A DNA stretch of 63,011 bases, the filler included, from Klebsormidium nitens (lineage: Eukaryota > Plantae > Klebsormidiophyceae): assembly GCA_000708835.1 (NCBI GenBank). It is 7 parts of 7 records of this genome, joined end to end, with 100 filler letters (N's around TTAATTAATTAA, not from the genome) between each part and the next. Parts side by side here need not be neighbours in the genome. Positions count along the whole stretch, not along the records: positions 58,093 to 60,466 come from DF238702.1; positions 60,567 to 63,011 come from DF238691.1; 5 more parts are not named here. The stretch is one strand, 5' to 3'. The position numbers and the translations under genes are program-made. Positions 58,113 through 63,011 of the stretch are shown here, in pieces; within the stretch, counting starts at the first letter, position 1, and each line of letters begins with the position of its first letter. The notes under the pieces were generated by a model. It worked only from the letters and a program-made list of their open reading frames with translations, had not been told where the DNA came from and searched no databases.

Positions 58113-59659
58113 TATGTATTGTTAACGACATGCATACTGACTGTGACTGCAATACGTGTAGGCAAACTCAATAAAGCATACAGTGTATGTTGCGGCTGGC
58201 TAATCACAAAGCCAATTTCGTTGAGTTCTTTAACTGCAAATCCTGTGTACTAGACAAATCCTCATCTGCACGTTCTGTCAACGGAACTTTAAACTACTCT
58301 AGAATTTTAATTTCAGCATCACCAGCAGTGCAAGGAAAATCATCATCATCATCATGAAATGGTGCAGCAGTTTCAGCAGCAACTCCAATGGAAACTCCAG
58401 CAGTATCATCTGGCAAGAGAATGGTGCAAAGAGATGATATCAGAACATGTGATACAAAGATCTACGTGTTGATGAGCAATTCTTAAAGGGGGGTTGCAGT
58501 GGCAAAAGTTTACCTGCAGTAGAAGGTGCAGAAGATGGTTGCCAGTTATTGTGTAATAGTTTGTCAGCAGCAGCACAATCTTGAAATTGAACAAAATGTA
58601 AGGCAGAGATGTCCTGGGCTTACGCTTTGTCATGGTGACAGAGGGGTACAAGGATGCTGTAGCCTTGCTATTTAGCTGCAAATGCTCCTCAACCATTAAC
58701 CGTATGAGTACCTCTTACTAGCAGTCAACAGGTTCGGCGCCAATATCCTGGGCCGAGCCTGGGACACGGTGCTGCTCCTGGACTCCGCCATTGTACAATA
58801 ATCTTGTCGGGAATCTTGTCAACTAAGAAGTGGAAGAGACGGGCCCGCCATAATCCGAGGCTTAAGAAAATCTTTGAGGGGTGTCGAAAATTGGCCTACC
58901 GGCCTACCGGCCAAACTTCTCCACGTACTATGATGTCCATTTTATGCTGCATATTGTAGGCAAGTTTGGTCATGAGACATCTGATTGTTGTTATTGGATT
59001 CCTGAAGGCTCAGATATAACAAAATCAATTGAAGATCCATAGTTTGTGCTTATATGCGCTGTACATATAGATTTATTGAGATTTGTCTGCTGCATGGTCA
59101 TACCTACCAGTAAATTACGAGCCCTGGTTTATAGAAAATACTGGAGGTAGCCGCCGTCGTGCTGGATGCCGCCAGTCGTAAGTAGTTACAATCGGACGGC
59201 TCTAGCGTTAACTCAAACCGGCAGCCTACGTCACGGCCAATTTGCTGGTGGAGCAATGATGACAGTCCGATACGACTCCTTTCTCCACTTTCAGCGGCCG
59301 ATAGTTGGCCTTAGTATTTCCTTGGAACATCGCCGGCAACTCTCAGAGCGAACAGTTGACCGCAGAGACAGTCTCTTAATATCTAATTCCAACCAAGTGG
59401 ACACCCCTGCCCCCTCTCATATTTGCATGTTATGTAGCTCGCTACTTGGTTCCATTTTAGAGGCAAATACCTATTTCCGTGAGGATTTTCCGAGGTATTC
59501 CCACAGTGCGACTCCTACTCCGACCTCCGAGTAGCTAAAGTATAGATAATTTCTGAAAACCGTCAATCGACTGTCGCGCGACCTACGCAAATTCGGTCCA
59601 AGCGAGGTGATCCGTAACGAATTCACGGTCGGACCGAGGTCCGTGAGTTGCGCCATAGC

Positions 59660-60448
59660 TGTCCCGTGCAATGAAATGGACAATGTGGTCGGTATGGAGG
59701 CAGTCAAGCGTGGGGGACGGTGTGAGATTGAGACCGTGGGGCGACATATGGCATTCCTTGCGAGGGAACCGGTCCGGGGGAACCAGGCGTGCGCCACGAC
59801 GAAGAGGCCGGTAAGAGCAAAAAACGTGGTGGAAAGATGGTGAAGGTTGTGGAGATCGCCCTAGACGAGTCGGACAATGAGTCAAACGAGAGCGGAGCAC
59901 TTTAAACTTGGCGAAAATGGAGCAGGGCGACCTTGTGGAAGGGGTCGGACTGAAACCGAGTGCGTTCAGGGCGCTTAAATCCTCGGTGTGTGAGCCCTGC
60001 ATTATTGAGAAGCAAACTAGGCTCCCCTTCTCGGTATTCCGACTCGGTGAGCACGGAGCCCCTTGAGCTAGTCCACATGGACGTTTGCAGGCCTACGCCG
60101 GTAGCCTCGGTAGGAGGACGCCGGTACTTCGCCACGTTCTTGGATGACTACAGCAAACTCTCGGTTGTAGTCCCCATGAAGCAGAAGAGCGAGGTGGCCA
60201 CGGTCACTGAGCACGTGGTCAACCGGTTGAAGTTGCAAACCAGGAAGAAGCTCAAGTCGGTGCGGACGGATCGGGGCAAGGAGTACGTCAACAAGGCCTT
60301 TACATACGTTTTCGGGGGTAAGGGGACGGTACACGAGAAAACCGCCCCCTATAGCGCCGAGCAGAATGGGTCGGCAGAAAGGCTTAACCGGGATTTGGAG
60401 GAGAAGACCCGGGCGATGCTTGAGGACTCGGGATTGGCCAAAGAGTTG
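59660..60448 (+). mobile_element. Ty1/copia pre-integrase and integrase core fragment, cut by an LTR-B-like start (TGTTAGAAG at 60,449)
   Basis: CEPCIIEKQ, LELVHMDVC..GGRRYFATFLDDYS and KSVRTDRGKEY..TAPYSAEQNGSAERLNR. Same family as 10.6 kb and 14.3 kb. Confidence 0.92.
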
Positions 60449-60642
60449 TGTTAGAAGTATTTGCGCNNNNNNNNNNNNNNNNNNNNNNNNNNNNNNNNNN
60501 NNNNNNNNNNTTAATTAATTAANNNNNNNNNNNNNNNNNNNNNNNNNNNNNNNNNNNNNNNNNNNNTTTTGTTGGCAGCAGTTGAGAACAAACAATTACG
60601 TCTTGTCTGCCAACAGAAAAGTCTGCCCAGAAGGCCAAAGCT

Positions 60643-62171
60643 TTGCGAGAACAGCCTTTGGTTGCGCAGAATCAATTAGCGAGTCCAACTGACTTAGAAA
60701 ACGTCCCCCAGGACAGCCTGTCAGTTTCACAAGTGCGGGCTGTGGGAACAGTTTTAGAAATAACGGACAGTGAAGAATTTGATTTCCACTGGACGTCCGC
60801 GCATAACTTGCCTGCAGCGTTTCTGGACAAGTTAGAGCTCGGGTTATCTGTTCTGGTTAAGTCAAAATGGCTTTTGGAGCCAGAACCCCTGGTTTACAAT
60901 TTTGTCAAGCCAAGGGCAGGCATTGAAACTACGACAGAATTTCAGAATGCCTGGCAGGCCGGTGCTCTTTTTATGAGGCTGTGTTTGGCGTCTCAATTTT
61001 TACACGCCACCGCGTCAGGTGTTTATAGACATTACACTTGGTGTGAAGTTAAACAGCCGCAGGCAATCCGTCATAGGGTATACGCGCCTCCGTTAGCACT
61101 GTGTGACCTGCCAGTCCAGCAGGCCACGTCAGCACGGCAGAACCGCCGTTCCTTTAAACAGTTTCTCAGTTCGGAAAACAATCTGCGTCTGGACAAGCTA
61201 AACTTTTTGGACCACGCAGACAGGGTGTCTGGTTTTCATCACGCCCCCCGGATTGACAAGTCCAGCTTTCTTAATAAATGGTGTAGCTTTGGATTGGTTG
61301 ACTGTTGACATTGGATGCGAAAGTGTCATCATTTCGAACTGGACAGCCAGGAAACTAGGAATCACTTCGGATATGCGGCAGCGACGAGCAATCAGCTTAA
61401 TCACAGCGGACGCCGTAACCACTGCGCCCGTTGACAGAACTTGGGATACAATTGAAATTTCAATTAATCCAAACACGTCTGCCGCCACAACGGTTCAAGT
61501 CAAACTAACAATTGTTCCGTCGCAGACGAAAGAAACTCTGATAGGAATGAGTGTCATCGGCCGGATTGGACTAACGACAAATCCATACCTGCAGACCCAC
61601 ACGTACTATCCGCGCTGGTGGGAAGAGGGATCCCCCACCGCAGAGCTGCCATCCATTTTCCATGTTGTATTGATCAACAATCGTCTGTCCGCCGCCACTA
61701 GTTCCCGGCTTAACCAAGCAACTTTTGCTTATGCAGCACGACTAGCTGCTTCCGGCGCACCTGGATCATCATCCTGCGCCCCCGGATCATCATCCGCTGA
61801 CCCTGCGCGCAGCGCACCTCGGCCCCCGCCGTCATTTGCACGGCTCTGTACAGGACCTGTAGTGGCGCCCCAGACGGCGCGAGAGGAGAGAGACGTTCGG
61901 CTGCAGTTAGAGTGTAGGGACCAGCTAGCCACGCAGAGTGTGATAGCTAGTTTTCAGCGGACTATCCGCAGCCTAATAGAGCCTCCGCCTCCGGCTGTAC
62001 TTTTAGCTTCTAGATATGGATCCCCATTGGATTCGAACTATGTGGACATCCACGAACAAACGGCTGTAAATAGTTCAGGCATAGCGGTGCTAGAACTTTG
62101 TTCAGGACTGTGCGCGTCAACAGAAGCGCTCGTGCGCAACGGTGTAAAAGTTCGCAAAGTATACGCATGCG
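60643..62171 (+). mobile_element. Retroelement-like polyprotein: unknown N-part, retropepsin-like protease, then start of a C5 cytosine methyltransferase
   Basis: LTVDIGCESVIISNWTARKLGI resembles the retropepsin D(T/S)G motif (61,301-61,366). IAVLELCSGLCASTEALVRNGVKVRKVYAC resembles DNMT motif I (62,080-62,170). Frameshift near 61,250. Confidence 0.6.
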
Positions 62172-62191
62172 NNNNNNNNNNNNNNNNNNNN

Positions 62192-63011
62192 AAAACTAGG
62201 AATCACTTCGGACATGCGGCAGCGACGAGCAATCAGCTTAATCACAGCGGATGCCGTAACCACTGCGCCCGTTGACAGAACTTGGGATACAATTGAAATT
62301 TCAATTAATCCAAACACGTCTGCCGCCACAACGGTTCAAAATTAACAATTGTTCCGTCGCAGACGAAAGAAACTCTGATAGGAATGAGTGTCATCGGCCG
62401 GATTGGACTAACGACAAATCCATACCTGCAGACCCTCACGTACTATCCGCGCTGGTGGGAAGAGGGATCCCCCACCGCAGAGCTGCCATCCATTTTCCAT
62501 GTTGACTTGATCAGCAATTGTCTGTCCGCCGCCACTAGTTCCCGGCTTAACCAAGCAACTTTTGCTTATGCAGCACGACTAGCTGCTTCCGGCGCACCTG
62601 GATCTTCATCCTGCGGCGCCCCCGGATTACCATTCGCCGACCCTGCGCGCAGCGCACCTCGGCCCCCGCCGTCATTTGCACGGCTCTGTACAGGACCTGT
62701 AGTGGCGCCCCAGACGGCGCGAGAGGAGAGAGACGTTCGGCTGCAGTTAGAGTTTAGGGACCAGCTAGCCACGCAGAGTGTGATAGCTAGTTTTCAGCGG
62801 ACTATCCGCAGCCTAACAGAGCCTCCGCCTCCGGCTGTACTTTTAGCTTCTAGAAATGGATCCCCATTGGATTCGAACTATGTGGACATCCACGAACAAA
62901 CGGCTGTAAATAGTTTAGGCATAGCGGTGCTAGAACTTTGTTCAGGACTGTGCGCAACAACAGAAGCGCTCGTGCGCAACGGTGTAAAAGTTCGCAAAGT
63001 ATACGCATGCA
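62192..63011 (+). repeat. Tandem second copy of 61,352-62,171 with small indels
   Basis: Near-identical sequence from AAACTAGGAATCACTTCGGA to ATACGCATGC. Copy 2 lacks several bases (e.g. GGTTCAAAATT versus GGTTCAAGTCAAACT). Confidence 0.95.

Overview
Eukaryotic nuclear scaffold with intron-rich, GC3-rich genes, most likely from a streptophyte (charophyte) green alga such as Klebsormidium. This is inferred from gene content and element types, not from a search. N-gaps carry an artificial TTAATTAATTAA linker. Apparently intact genes, read by joining GT-AG exons by eye: CCR4/ANGEL-like EEP deadenylase (+, ~18.2-24.1 kb), GH16 EG16-type endoglucanase (+, 27,510-29,685), SOQ1 (-, 30,988-40,706), a fused NUP98-NUP96 polyprotein (+, 42,626-51,712) and an intron-containing tRNA-Lys(UUU) (-, 41,914-42,019). 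A germin-like gene and a flotillin-like gene each carry a frameshift. There is also a 294-codon intronless orphan ORF. Both ends are transposon-rich: an ~80-bp satellite with a palindromic core, a Penelope-like RT, a nest of Ty1/copia fragments with LTR-like cassettes, a LINE RT fragment just 3' of the tRNA, and two TIR elements in flotillin intron 1. At the right end is a retroelement-like ORF in which an aspartic protease is followed by the start of a C5 cytosine methyltransferase, present in two tandem copies. Exon boundaries and domain calls come from motif recognition only; no database searches were run.
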